Positions 18,608-27,852 are shown, counted from the stretch's first letter. The stretch is DNA of 64,000 nt from an uncultured Eubacteriales bacterium (GCA_900316035.1 ONBI01000002.1:14028-78027), one strand, 5' to 3'. Notes: a model not told the origin generated them from the letters alone. Numbers and translations: made by a program.

Positions 18608-19240
18608 TTACTTCTTGGTATTGTTATTCGCTTGCGCGTTCGGGCAGTACTGAATGGTCACATGTCTCTTGTGACCGGTGCCGAAGGACTGGGTCTTGAT
18701 ATCCGGGAAATCGGCTAAGGCCTGATGGATGACTCTTCTTTCATCGGAAGTCATCGGATCTAAGACCGCGGTGACGTGGGTCTCTTCGACCTCACGGGCA
18801 TAACGGCGCGCCATAGCGATATACTTCGAATATTTGGCTTCCTTGTATCCGTCGCAGTTTAAGAGGATGCGGTAATGACCGCCGAAGCGGTTGAAGCAAG
18901 CCGAACGGGTCAGTTCGTTGATAGCGCGGAGGGTATCGCCGTTCTTGCCGATGACGTTCTTGTTATGGCTGGTGACGATGTTGAGCTTGATGACGCCATC
19001 TTCGTATTTGGCTTCGGTCGAACCGTCTAACCCAAGAGCTCTTAAGCAACGTTTGATGTAATCGTCGGCGAAGACGATGACATCGTTGATGGTATAGATA
19101 CCGATGGTGACGGTCTTAGCAAAAAGGGTCTTCTTGACGGAAATGACCTGATAATTGAGGGTCTTCGGATCCTGGACGCCTAAATCGGCACAGGCTTTCT
19201 TGACGGCTTCTTCTTCGGATTTACCTTCGTACTTATTCAT
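18608..19240 (-). CDS. jag: Jag/KhpB RNA-binding protein (Jag_N, KH, R3H)
   Basis: 210 aa with conserved Jag-type sequence. Position is immediately downstream of yidC. Confidence 0.8.
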   Translation of the reverse strand: MNKYEGKSEEEAVKKACADLGVQDPKTLNYQVISVKKTLFAKTVTIGIYTINDVIVFADDYIKRCLRALGLDGSTEAKYEDGVIKLNIVTSHNKNVIGKNGDTLRAINELTRSACFNRFGGHYRILLNCDGYKEAKYSKYIAMARRYAREVEETHVTAVLDPMTSDERRVIHQALADFPDIKTQSFGTGHKRHVTIQYCPNAQANNNTKK

Positions 19241-19246
19241 ATCGCA

Positions 19247-20827
19247 TTACCTCCATAAAGGCTTATCGGATTTGGCCTTTTTGTCTTTCTTCTGTTTCTT
19301 ATCGCTTTCGGCCTTCGTCTCGGAGTGATGAGACGAACGGCGGATAGCAGCAAGCGTGGAGCCATCGCCCGTTTCGGCAGCGAAACGATGACGGTTGTGC
19401 GTCTGAACAACTTCCATTAAGAGAGTGGTGATGATCGCGATGAGGGAAGATAAGAACCAGTAGATACCCATACCAGCCGGTAAGGACCAACCCATGATAA
19501 TGATGAAGATCAGCATGACATAGGTCATGATCTTTCCGGTACGGGCCGGATCCATGGATTCGCCATCGGCACCGACAGGAGCTTTCGGAGCGGTACCGAA
19601 GTTCTTATTACGCCAATTGGTGAACCAGAGGGAAGTGAAGGAAGAAAGAACGTTGCTCAGGGTCATGACGATGAAGATGATGATACCGACGATAGCACCC
19701 GGAGTCGTCTTATAAGCTGTGACACAGGTAGAGACCGGAGTCGTTAAGGATAGACCGAGCCAGTTACCACCGGCAATAGCGGCAGATCCTTGTAATGCAG
19801 ACCAGACGCAGATGAAGAGTGGGAACTGAATGATGAGGAAGAGCATCGGTAAGAGCGGATGGACTTTGGCTTTCTTCATGATGGCAGCCTGTTCCATCGA
19901 GTAAGCTCTTCTCTGATCGGAATCGGTCTGATAATCCGGATACTTCTGAGCTAAGGCATTCAGCTGAGGCTGAATCTTATTCTGCTTCGCCTGGGATCTA
20001 CCTTGGACTAAGGATGACCAGACGGTGAAGATACGGGTGATGACCGTGACGATGAAAATGGCTAAGATCTGCGCCCAACCATTGCCACCGAGACTTTCGG
20101 TGATGACATGGACAAGCCAAGCAAACGGATAGACTAATAAACCTTCCAAGAAACCGTATTCGGAGAAAGCCTGTCCCCAGGTCTTTCCTTCCACGTAGAC
20201 GGTGGCACCGTTATGGGTGAAGTTCTTGCTTTCCGGCGTGATGCAGGCGGTATTACCGCTGATTGCTTTGTTGGCAGCATTCTTCAGGTTGGTGACATAA
20301 CCGCTCGAAGGTGTCTTCAGAGGTCCGATCTCGGGATCAAGAATCGCTTCCTGATACCAGGAGTCGAAGTTTACCCAGAGGTCACTGACTTGATTATCGG
20401 AGGTAAGACCGGCGTAGATAGCGACGTGTTTTGCCACATGGGAAGCTTCGTTCTCGGATAAAGAAGCAATCGTTCCATCGGTCCATTTGACTTTGTTTTC
20501 GGTGACGAAAGTATCGACTTTCGTCTCCATAAACGTCAAAAACGCCTTGTCCGGAAGAGTGTAGGCCCCTTTCGAACTAAGGGTGGTAAAGAGCGTCTGA
20601 CGATTGGCGTTGACGTTGTTGCTGACCGCGGCTTCTTTATTGCTGCCGGTATAATTTTCTTCGACGATGTTTCCATCGTAAAGATCGCCATAGTAGGCGT
20701 ATAGCTGATTGGCTTTATCTTGGTTGGTGCAGAAGGATTTGGTACAACTGGACAAACCAAAAACAGTGATGATTCCTCCGAAGAGAATCACCAGCCGTTT
20801 TAGCCATCGGTTCGAATCTTTATTCAT
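19247..20827 (-). CDS. yidC: YidC membrane insertase with a lipoprotein signal and a long extracytoplasmic N-terminal domain
   Basis: Lipobox GLSS|C. Conserved core (LAIFIVTVITRI..., QPQLNALAQKYP, PLLPMLFLIIQFPLF). Basic C-terminal tail. Follows rnpA with an ATGA-type overlap. Confidence 0.85.
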   Translation of the reverse strand: MNKDSNRWLKRLVILFGGIITVFGLSSCTKSFCTNQDKANQLYAYYGDLYDGNIVEENYTGSNKEAAVSNNVNANRQTLFTTLSSKGAYTLPDKAFLTFMETKVDTFVTENKVKWTDGTIASLSENEASHVAKHVAIYAGLTSDNQVSDLWVNFDSWYQEAILDPEIGPLKTPSSGYVTNLKNAANKAISGNTACITPESKNFTHNGATVYVEGKTWGQAFSEYGFLEGLLVYPFAWLVHVITESLGGNGWAQILAIFIVTVITRIFTVWSSLVQGRSQAKQNKIQPQLNALAQKYPDYQTDSDQRRAYSMEQAAIMKKAKVHPLLPMLFLIIQFPLFICVWSALQGSAAIAGGNWLGLSLTTPVSTCVTAYKTTPGAIVGIIIFIVMTLSNVLSSFTSLWFTNWRNKNFGTAPKAPVGADGESMDPARTGKIMTYVMLIFIIIMGWSLPAGMGIYWFLSSLIAIITTLLMEVVQTHNRHRFAAETGDGSTLAAIRRSSHHSETKAESDKKQKKDKKAKSDKPLWR

Positions 20828-21174
20828 GCTTTTTCCCCTTTTTGCGGAAGGCTCAGACGGGTGAAGGCATCTTTCAGAATCGCAAGGTTCTCTTGATACG
20901 AATTTTCAAGATAACCCGGACGGGCAATGATGACGATATCGAATGGCTTGGTCAAGACATCCGTTTCATTGATCTGAGCACGAATCTGTCTTCGGATTCT
21001 CACTCTCGTTACGGCATCACCGAGTTTTGAGGAAACGGAGATGCCGATTCGGACATGGGCGAGGGTGTTTGGCGCATAGAACACGGATACGGAACGGTTC
21101 TTTTCCGCGGGATGACGTTGATCGAGTACGGCTTTGAAGTCGCTGGCCTTACGAAGCCGAAATTCTTTCTTCAT
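20824..21174 (-). CDS. rnpA: ribonuclease P protein component
   Basis: 116 aa. LRKASDFKAVL...AVTRVRIRRQIR is present. Located between rpmH and yidC. Confidence 0.85.
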   Translation of the reverse strand: MKKEFRLRKASDFKAVLDQRHPAEKNRSVSVFYAPNTLAHVRIGISVSSKLGDAVTRVRIRRQIRAQINETDVLTKPFDIVIIARPGYLENSYQENLAILKDAFTRLSLPQKGEKA

Positions 21175-21206
21175 GTCGCAGGCCGAGAAAAGAAAGCCTC
21201 TCGGGT

Positions 21207-21344
21207 TTAGGCCTGAGTGAGTCTGACTCTTCCCTTAGCTCTTCTGCGGGCTAAGACTTTACGTCCGCCTTTGGTCGCCATTCTGGCACGGAAGCCACAG
21301 GTATGGGCTCTCTTGATTTTGCTAGGCTGATAAGTACGTTTCAT
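21207..21344 (-). CDS. rpmH: 50S ribosomal protein L34
   Basis: [45 protein letters not shown] (45 aa). The listed 69-aa ORF over-extends. GGAGGAAA SD before ATG 21344. Confidence 0.9.
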   Translation of the reverse strand: MKRTYQPSKIKRAHTCGFRARMATKGGRKVLARRRAKGRVRLTQA

Positions 21345-21517
21345 GGAAGTTTTCCTCCTTACAAAGTAAATCAATGCGCATGAAAAAACGCATGTAGGCA
21401 TATTATAATCAGGCACTTCAAGAAAAACAATGAAAACTGGCAGTAGCTTCTATCCTTATATATATCTTGGTTAAGAAGAAATTATTGAGGAGCTACTAGG
21501 CTTTTTACTAGATTGGA

Positions 21518-22021
21518 CTAGGACAGATCAGCCTTATTCTCTGCTTCTTTCGGAGGGAGGATCTTCGCCCGGTTCCCTTTTACTTCCAAGGATAGAGAAA
21601 CAAGAGCCGCTCTTGTTTCTTCTATGGCCTGCTGAATCTTGTTTCTTTTTTCGTCTGTGAAAGAAGAAAAAGCTTTCTCAATAGCGATATCGTATTTGTT
21701 CTTTGCTTCTGTATTGAGCTTTTTCCAGTTGATAGAGGCAAAATAAGGAAGCGAAGATTTCTCATATGGGAGTTTCCCTTCTTCCATCCATACAGCGATG
21801 ATGGGATACCCAGCATAATGTTGCCAGACGGTGGCATTATCGTTAGAGGAATAGATTCCTTTTTCATCGATTATGACGGTATATCTTTTGCTGTGATCCG
21901 AGGATTCCACAAGGAAAAGAGAATCGTTGATCTTCTCAATTCTCTTGTCGGCTAGTGCTGAATAGGCTTCATAAATCTTACTGATTGGACTTTCGCGTGA
22001 CATTTTGATTGCTTCTCTCAC
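21518..22021 (-). CDS. hypothetical cytoplasmic protein
   Basis: 167-aa ORF with non-repetitive composition. No family recognised. Confidence 0.5.
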   Translation of the reverse strand: MREAIKMSRESPISKIYEAYSALADKRIEKINDSLFLVESSDHSKRYTVIIDEKGIYSSNDNATVWQHYAGYPIIAVWMEEGKLPYEKSSLPYFASINWKKLNTEAKNKYDIAIEKAFSSFTDEKRNKIQQAIEETRAALVSLSLEVKGNRAKILPPKEAENKADLS

Positions 22022-22064
22022 TTTGAAAATTATAATGGATATGATTTTTGTTTAAAGAGGAATA

Positions 22065-23033
22065 ATGATTAGTATGGAACAAGAGAATAAGAAAGAGAAG
22101 AATTCCGGTATCACCGAAGAAGAACTCTGGGCGCAGGCCGAAGAAGACGGACGTATCAATGTCTATAAGTGGATCAAGATCCTTCAGGCGATCATCCTGA
22201 TCGTCTTAGGTATTCTCTTTGTCGTGATGGCGATCTTCAGCGGAAACGGAGGAGACATCTCCCTGATGCTTTCTATCTCCGCCGGTATCGTTGCAGTGGT
22301 CTATGGCGTTATGAACATCCTCTCCGGTTATCTTCTTTATCGTCAGCCGTTCAACCACGATGTTCTCATCGGAGAATTAGCGGTTACGACCGGTATCGTC
22401 TTCTTCATCAAGCATGAGATTCTCAATGAGATTCTTTCCTACTTCGTCATCGTTTATTTCTTCGTCTTTGCTCTGATGCTGATTCTCTTCGGTGTGGATT
22501 GCTGTGTGAACCGTAAAACCATCAAGCATGGTGTTACGAAAGGTGTCTTCGCTTTTATCGGTGCCGCTTTATTAGCTGTCGGTGCAGGTGTTTACACTTA
22601 CTTCTATCTCAACAAGAGAACCGAAGTCGAACGTTATATGTTGATGATTGTCGGTGGTCTTTTGGCTCTTGCCGGTCTCTTTGCCTTGATCAATACTTTA
22701 GTCAAAGCCCATAACACCAAAGTCGTGATGAAACAGAAGCAGATTGAAAGAGAAAAGCAGGCGAAAGCTTCGGCTGCTTCCGAAAAAGAAAATAAAGAAG
22801 TCAAAGTTATCGATATCTCCGATTTAAGAAAGAATTCGGCGGAGATTCCGGATTCCGATAAGATCGTTGTCGAAGAAGACGATAAGGACGATGAGGATGC
22901 GAAGAAAGAGGAAGAAGAGCAGGATACTACCGCAGAAGAACCGAAAGCCGAGGAAACTCCGGCTTCAACGGCAACTGCCGTCACCATTGTCGATGCCAGT
23001 GACGATAAAAAGTCGAAACGGAAGAAGAGATGA
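22065..23033 (+). CDS. polytopic membrane protein (DUF308/HdeD-like helices) with a K/E/D-rich C-terminal tail
   Basis: Six or more hydrophobic helices, then about 90 aa of charged low-complexity sequence. AAGAGGAA SD upstream. Confidence 0.6.
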   Translation: MISMEQENKKEKNSGITEEELWAQAEEDGRINVYKWIKILQAIILIVLGILFVVMAIFSGNGGDISLMLSISAGIVAVVYGVMNILSGYLLYRQPFNHDVLIGELAVTTGIVFFIKHEILNEILSYFVIVYFFVFALMLILFGVDCCVNRKTIKHGVTKGVFAFIGAALLAVGAGVYTYFYLNKRTEVERYMLMIVGGLLALAGLFALINTLVKAHNTKVVMKQKQIEREKQAKASAASEKENKEVKVIDISDLRKNSAEIPDSDKIVVEEDDKDDEDAKKEEEEQDTTAEEPKAEETPASTATAVTIVDASDDKKSKRKKR

Positions 23034-23278
23034 CCCTTTCGACCATCCTTCTTTCTCTTTATCGCACCTATCATATCGATGCCTGCTTTATCGCAGACCA
23101 TCTTCATCTTCCCGATGAAACCGTTGTTTCCTGGGAAGAGGGAAAAGCTTTTCCGAACGAAGAACAGACGAAGAAACTTTCCGCGATGTTTGCTGTGCCT
23201 CTGAAGACACTCGACGAAGCTATCAAAGAAGGGAAAAAGCATGAAACAGAAAAGAGTTCTGACGATTCAGGATTATAG
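23030..23278 (+). CDS. small XRE-type helix-turn-helix protein
   Basis: IDACFIADHLHLPDETVVSWEEGKAFPNEEQTKKLSAMFAVPLKTL fits the XRE HTH pattern. ATGA overlap with the upstream gene. Confidence 0.55.
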   Translation: MTLSTILLSLYRTYHIDACFIADHLHLPDETVVSWEEGKAFPNEEQTKKLSAMFAVPLKTLDEAIKEGKKHETEKSSDDSGL

Positions 23279-24086
23279 CTGTTTAGGCCGCTGTTCTTTG
23301 ACGGTCGCTTTACCGATTCTCTCCGCTTTCGGACAGGAATGCGTCGGTTTACCGACAGCGGTTTTATCGAATCACACCGCTTATGCTTCTTGGACTTATA
23401 CCGATCTTTCGAAGGATATGTTACCTTCCGTTGAGAAATGGCTTCCTTACGAACATCATTTCGACTTGATCCTGACCGGTTATTTAGGAAACGGACAGTC
23501 GAAGATCGTCGAAGATATCTGTCAAAAACTTCAGAGTAAAGATACGGTTCTGATGGTCGATCCCGCGTTTGCCGATAATGGCAAGCTTTATTCGGGCTTT
23601 GATGAAAACCATACCGCAGAGATGAGAGAACTGGTGAAGAAAGCTTCTTTGATTGTTCCCAATGTCACCGAAGCCTGTGCTCTCTTAGGAAAAGAGTTCC
23701 CTGGGGATGAACTTACCAAAGATCAGATTACGGATATTCTTCATTCTTTAGCCGCTTTAGGACCGAAGAAAGTGGTTCTTACTGGTGTCACTCTTGCTCA
23801 TGGTAAAAGAGTCGGAGAAGCTATCTACGATGCGGAAGAAAATGAAATCGACCTCTATTACACTCCTTGTTATCCGGGTCGTTATCATGGTGCTGGTGAT
23901 GTCTTTGCTGCCTGCTTGGCAGGTGCTTATGTCCGCGGTCTTCCTTTTGTCGAAGCCGTTGAATTAGCTCATGACTACGTCCATCGGAGTATGCATTACA
24001 CGCTTCAGGATAAAGAAGATGGTATCCTCTACGGCTTAGAGTTTGAAAGAGCAATTCCTTATCTTCTCAAGAGATTAGAAAAGTAA
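23241..24086 (+). CDS. pdxK: pyridoxal/pyridoxamine kinase (ribokinase superfamily)
   Basis: 281 aa. VLTIQDYSCLGRCSLTVALPILSA N-terminus and GAGDVFAA anion-hole motif. Confidence 0.75.
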   Translation: MKQKRVLTIQDYSCLGRCSLTVALPILSAFGQECVGLPTAVLSNHTAYASWTYTDLSKDMLPSVEKWLPYEHHFDLILTGYLGNGQSKIVEDICQKLQSKDTVLMVDPAFADNGKLYSGFDENHTAEMRELVKKASLIVPNVTEACALLGKEFPGDELTKDQITDILHSLAALGPKKVVLTGVTLAHGKRVGEAIYDAEENEIDLYYTPCYPGRYHGAGDVFAACLAGAYVRGLPFVEAVELAHDYVHRSMHYTLQDKEDGILYGLEFERAIPYLLKRLEK

Positions 24087-24103
24087 CAACTAAAAACAAG
24101 AAG

Positions 24104-24148
24104 AACGAATCGACTTGGAAGTTTTCTTCTAGGTCGGTTCGTTTTTTC
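24104..24148 (+). terminator. rho-independent terminator after pdxK
   Basis: AACGAATCGAC / GTCGGTTCGTT stem (one G-U pair), then TTTTT. Confidence 0.55.
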
Positions 24149-24156
24149 TTTGGCGT

Positions 24157-24187
24157 TAAAAAAGCGCGCCCTTTTTAGGAACGCGCT
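24157..24187 (-). terminator. rho-independent terminator after nusG
   Basis: Minus strand reads AGCGCG-loop-CGCGCT followed by TTTTTT. Confidence 0.55.
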
Positions 24188-24196
24188 CTGTGGTTA

Positions 24197-24943
24197 TTAC
24201 TTATTGTCGGCAAGATCGCCAGGTTCGCGGATCTTCTCGATATCGGAGAACTTCTCCGGAATCGTGTTGTAACGTCCGAAGAGGGTGATCTGAACCGTGA
24301 CTTCGCTTCTATCGGGATCGATGGATTCGATCGTACCTTCGGCATCCTGGAAAGTGCCGGAGATGATACGGACAAGATCGCCGACCTTGTAATCGGAGTA
24401 GATATCCGGATCTTCGATATGCATTCTCTTGAGAACCGGTTCAATCTCTTCGTGCGGAATCGGGAACGGCTTTGCACCTTTACCGGAAGAACCGGTGATA
24501 CCGGAGACACCGGGAGTGTTACGGACGACGAACCAGGTTTCATCGGTCATGATCATTTCGACGAAGATGTAACCCGGATACCAGTTCTTGACCTTGACCT
24601 TAGGAACCATCTGGCCGGTCTTCTTATCTTTGGTGTACTTCTGCTTGCCGTTTTCATCGAGAACAGGCTCTTCGTATTCGGCGCAGATGACGCGGAAGAT
24701 CTTGTCTTCCATGTTGAAGGATTTCGCTCTCTTTTCGAGAGATTCCTTGACCTGACGCTCACGCATTGCGAAGGTGTTGATGACGTACCAAGCCTTTTCC
24801 GGTAAGGTATCGTCTTTATCCTGATCGTTCTCGTTTTCATCGGGATTGACTTCACCGATGAGAGGGTTATAGTTAGCTTTCTTGACCGGCTGCTCTTCTT
24901 CGACAGGGGTATTGACGACCTCTTTCTTTTCTTCTTCTGTCAT
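24197..24943 (-). CDS. nusG: transcription termination/antitermination factor NusG, with an acidic N-terminal extension
   Basis: NGN domain (WYVINTFAMRERQVKESL) and KOW domain (FKVGDLVRIISGTFQDAEGTI). Start overlaps the secE stop (TAATG). Confidence 0.9.
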   Translation of the reverse strand: MTEEEKKEVVNTPVEEEQPVKKANYNPLIGEVNPDENENDQDKDDTLPEKAWYVINTFAMRERQVKESLEKRAKSFNMEDKIFRVICAEYEEPVLDENGKQKYTKDKKTGQMVPKVKVKNWYPGYIFVEMIMTDETWFVVRNTPGVSGITGSSGKGAKPFPIPHEEIEPVLKRMHIEDPDIYSDYKVGDLVRIISGTFQDAEGTIESIDPDRSEVTVQITLFGRYNTIPEKFSDIEKIREPGDLADNK

Positions 24944-25212
24944 TAGAATCTACCTCCTTTGAGTAAATCAACTAACATCGCGGCTGCTCCGCTCGAGGAA
25001 CTGGAAGAACCAGAGCTCGAAGTAGGCATTGCGCTATCGAAAGCTCTCATGATCTGAACCGTCAGATAATCGAATAAAGCGATGAATAAGGCTGTGACAA
25101 TGGAGATGACTAAGACGATACCGACGGCTTTCCATAAGGTTTTCTGGTTAGGCCAACGGACACGTTTTGCTTCTTCGCCGACTCCTTTGAAATAACGGGT
25201 GAATTTACTCAT
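24943..25212 (-). CDS. secE: preprotein translocase subunit SecE, with a Ser-rich C-terminal extension
   Basis: FKGVGEEAKRVRWPNQKTLWKAVGIVLVISIV is the SecE signature. Lies between rpmG and nusG. Confidence 0.85.
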   Translation of the reverse strand: MSKFTRYFKGVGEEAKRVRWPNQKTLWKAVGIVLVISIVTALFIALFDYLTVQIMRAFDSAMPTSSSGSSSSSSGAAAMLVDLLKGGRF

Positions 25213-25215
25213 GTG

Positions 25216-25362
25216 TTATTTTCCCTCCCGATGGATGGTGTACTTGCCGCATTTCGGACAGTACTTTCTTACTTCCAGACGGACGGGATCTCCTTTCTTT
25301 TTGGTGGCGTTGTAGTTGCGGGATTCACATTCCGTACAGACCAGAACAACTTTTTCTCTCAT
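25216..25362 (-). CDS. rpmG: 50S ribosomal protein L33 (absent from the supplied ORF track, which lists nothing shorter than 60 aa)
   Basis: Hand translation gives [56 protein letters not shown] upstream. Stop lies 3 nt before the secE start. Confidence 0.9.
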   Translation of the reverse strand: MREKVVLVCTECESRNYNATKKKGDPVRLEVRKYCPKCGKYTIHREGK

Positions 25363-25618
25363 GCAGCTTTCTCCTCATCTCGTTCAAATAAAAAATCCCA
25401 CCTTTGGGACCGTCCTTATTATATAGAGGAAAAGAGGAAAAGCAAAGAGGAATTTTGTACGTCCTTTCTCTCTTTGAAAGAAGGCACCGATAGCTTTGTC
25501 CTTCTGCTTTCTAAGGAAAAGAACATGTGTTTAAGAAACCTTTCTTTCGTTGCTTTGTTTACTTCTTTCTCTTTTTTATTCTCTATAATAAAGGCACCTA
25601 AGAAAGGAACTGTTCCTA

Positions 25619-26812
25619 ATGAAAACATTACAACTGACGAAGAACCTCTACTATGTCGGTGTTATTGATCACTCCTTGAAAGTCTTCGATGTCGCTATGC
25701 CGACCAAATACGGTTCTTCCTATAATTCTTATCTTCTCAAGACGAGCGAAGGAGCCGTTGTCTTTGAAGGATCCAAACATGGATTCGAAGACGAGTATCT
25801 CGAACACATCTCTGCTTTAGTCGATTTCAAAGAGATCAAATACGTCGTTGTCGCCCATACCGAACCGGATCATTCCGGTGCGATTGAAGCTCTCTTAGCT
25901 AAGAATCCGGAGATTACGGTCATCGCTTCTCCGGCAGGTACCAACAATTTAAAGAATATTCTCCGTCATCCTTTCAAATCGATGGTGGTTACCGCGGGTA
26001 AGGAACTGAAAATCGGAGAATACACGCTTCAGTTCGTCTCCGGTCTCTTCCTCCATTGGCCGGATGTGATGTTCACCTATATTAAGGAGGAGAAAGCGAT
26101 TGTCACCTGCGATGCTTTCGGTGCCCATTATGCCAGCGACGATATCTTATTAAGTAAGGAAAAGAATCTCCCTGCTTATAAAGAAGCGTTCGAATATTAC
26201 TTTGCTTCCATCATGTCTCCGTTTGCTTCTTTTGCTATCCAGGGAGCCGATAGAGTCGATAAACTCGATGTCGACTTCATCCTTACCGGTCATGGCCCGG
26301 TTATCGATACCAACGTCAAAGAGACCATCGCTGCTTTCCGCGAGTTAGGAAAGAAATATCTTCCTTCCAATGATGAGAAACATGTCACTTTGGTTTATGC
26401 CACCTGCTATGGCTACACCGAAGTCTTAGCCAAAGCCTTGAAAGAGAAACTCGAAGCCGATGGTAGAGAAGTCTCTTTCTATAAAATCGATGCTTTGAAC
26501 TATGCCGAAGTGAAGCCTCAGATTTTAGCTTCCATCCGTACTTCTGGTCTTGTTCTCTTCGGAACTCCGACGCTTCTTCAGGATGCTATTTCCTTATTCT
26601 ATGATTTAGCTGCTGCTCTTCCGATTCCGGTTATCCAGAATAAGAAAGCTTCCGTTTTCGGAGACTATGGCTGGAGTGGAGAAGCGGTCAATAACCTTTC
26701 GCAGTTCTTAACGCTCCGCAAGTTTAAGGTTATCCCCGGCTATCGCTATAGCTTCAAGATCGATGAAGCCGGTCTTAAGGGCTTAGATGACTATTATCAG
26801 ACGCTGAAGTAA
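25619..26812 (+). CDS. fprA: flavodiiron protein (A-type flavoprotein; metallo-beta-lactamase plus flavodoxin domains)
   Basis: 397 aa. AHTEPDHSG (HxExDH) di-iron motif and a C-terminal flavodoxin-like domain. Confidence 0.8.
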   Translation: MKTLQLTKNLYYVGVIDHSLKVFDVAMPTKYGSSYNSYLLKTSEGAVVFEGSKHGFEDEYLEHISALVDFKEIKYVVVAHTEPDHSGAIEALLAKNPEITVIASPAGTNNLKNILRHPFKSMVVTAGKELKIGEYTLQFVSGLFLHWPDVMFTYIKEEKAIVTCDAFGAHYASDDILLSKEKNLPAYKEAFEYYFASIMSPFASFAIQGADRVDKLDVDFILTGHGPVIDTNVKETIAAFRELGKKYLPSNDEKHVTLVYATCYGYTEVLAKALKEKLEADGREVSFYKIDALNYAEVKPQILASIRTSGLVLFGTPTLLQDAISLFYDLAAALPIPVIQNKKASVFGDYGWSGEAVNNLSQFLTLRKFKVIPGYRYSFKIDEAGLKGLDDYYQTLK

Positions 26813-26832
26813 TCTTTTACCTTATTGAATAA

Positions 26833-26866
26833 AGGCTGTTTCCTTTGCTGGGAGACAGCCTTTTTC
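26833..26866 (+). terminator. rho-independent terminator after fprA
   Basis: AGGCTGT...ACAGCCT stem followed by TTTTT. Confidence 0.6.
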
Positions 26867-26948
26867 GATGGCAGAAAAAGAAATTCAAAAAATATTTTTA
26901 TCAAAAAAGCCCATAGGTATCGCTGTTTTTAGAAACAATTAAAAATAT

Positions 26949-27021
26949 TTAGCACTCAACACTTGAATTTGCTAATTCTGATTGTATAATTAAATTAGCA
27001 ATCGAGATAAGAGACTGCTAA
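26949..27021 (+). promoter_or_regulatory. hsp20-1 promoter flanked by two CIRCE-like (HrcA-type) operators
   Basis: TTGAAT (26963-68), 16 nt, TATAAT (26985-90). Operators TTAGCACTC-N9-ATTTGCTAA (26949-75) and TTAGCAATC-N9-GACTGCTAA (26995-27021), against consensus TTAGCACTC-N9-GAGTGCTAA. Confidence 0.65.
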
Positions 27022-27050
27022 ATAAAAGAAAACAAGGAGGATGAAAACCT

Positions 27051-27521
27051 ATGGAAAACGAAAAGAAGAATGTCGCTGTCGAGGAAGAGAAGAAGGAAGT
27101 TGCCCCGAAAGAGGAGAATGAGAACCTCACCTACGGATATCATCCGTTCTGGAGTATGCTCAATGATTTCTTCGGAGATGACTGCACGAGCGAAGATGTG
27201 ATGAGAACCGATATCTCGGATGAAGGCAAGGACTATAAGTTAGAAGTCGAAGTCCCTGGTGTCGATAAGAAGGACATCCATGTCGCTTTGAAGAATGGCT
27301 ATCTCACCGTTTCTGCTAAGGCCGATCGTTCGACTCGTGAAGGCTCCGGTAAGTATCTTCGCACGGAGAGATACTTCGGTAACTTCTCCCGTTCTTACTA
27401 TGTCGGCTCTCAGGTCAGCAAGAAAGATGTCTCCGCTGGCTATGAGAACGGCCTTCTGACGGTCCGTGTTGCAAAACCGGCTCCGAAGGCGGATGAGAAT
27501 AACGAGATCACCATCGCGTAA
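27051..27521 (+). CDS. Hsp20/alpha-crystallin small heat-shock protein, copy 1
   Basis: 156 aa. Alpha-crystallin domain (MRTDISDEGKDYKLEVEVPGVDKKDIHVALKNGYLTVSAK...GLLTVRV). Confidence 0.9.
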   Translation: MENEKKNVAVEEEKKEVAPKEENENLTYGYHPFWSMLNDFFGDDCTSEDVMRTDISDEGKDYKLEVEVPGVDKKDIHVALKNGYLTVSAKADRSTREGSGKYLRTERYFGNFSRSYYVGSQVSKKDVSAGYENGLLTVRVAKPAPKADENNEITIA

Positions 27522-27540
27522 CTTCTCTTTCTGATCGCTT

Positions 27541-27582
27541 AACCCCTTATCTGGAAATTCCCAGGTGAGGGGTTTTCTTTTG
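27541..27582 (+). terminator. rho-independent terminator after hsp20-1
   Basis: AACCCCT...AGGGGTT stem followed by TTCTTTT. Confidence 0.55.
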
Positions 27583-27751
27583 GCTTCCTGATTGTTGACA
27601 TAATATGTCTTTCTTTGAATTTGGACTTATAAAACAATTTGTTTTTAACCTTATACAAGTTCTGTTTTCACGTCCAAGAATGGCCAAATCCAAGAAAATT
27701 GTTTCTTAAATATTTCGATGCCTTCGGCCTTTTTAAAAGATTTTAAAAAAA

Positions 27752-27824
27752 TTAGCAGTTTGCACTTGAAATTGCTAAACATGGTCTTATAATCATATTA
27801 GCAATCGAGATAATAGATTGCTAA
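27752..27824 (+). promoter_or_regulatory. hsp20-2 promoter flanked by two CIRCE-like operators
   Basis: TTGAAA (27766-71), 16 nt, TATAAT (27788-93). Operators TTAGCAGTT-N9-AATTGCTAA (27752-78) and TTAGCAATC-N9-GATTGCTAA (27798-27824). Confidence 0.65.
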
Positions 27825-27852
27825 AACAGTGGATACAAGGAGGATATGAAGT

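Noticed and set aside
21345-21517. rpmH upstream region (and the AT-rich 45083-45226) considered as oriC
   Set aside because: No dnaA gene is adjacent, and I could find no clustered TTATCCACA-like boxes by eye. A computational scan is needed, so the region is left uncalled.
22634-23242. 202-aa minus-strand ORF rich in Ser, Phe and Ala
   Set aside because: It is the antisense shadow of the K/E/D-rich tail of the 22065-23033 membrane protein and of the HTH gene. It is low-complexity and has no start context.
25213-25668. 151-aa plus-strand ORF
   Set aside because: It overlaps the rpmG coding sequence in antisense and crosses the divergent promoter region. rpmG on the minus strand explains the region.
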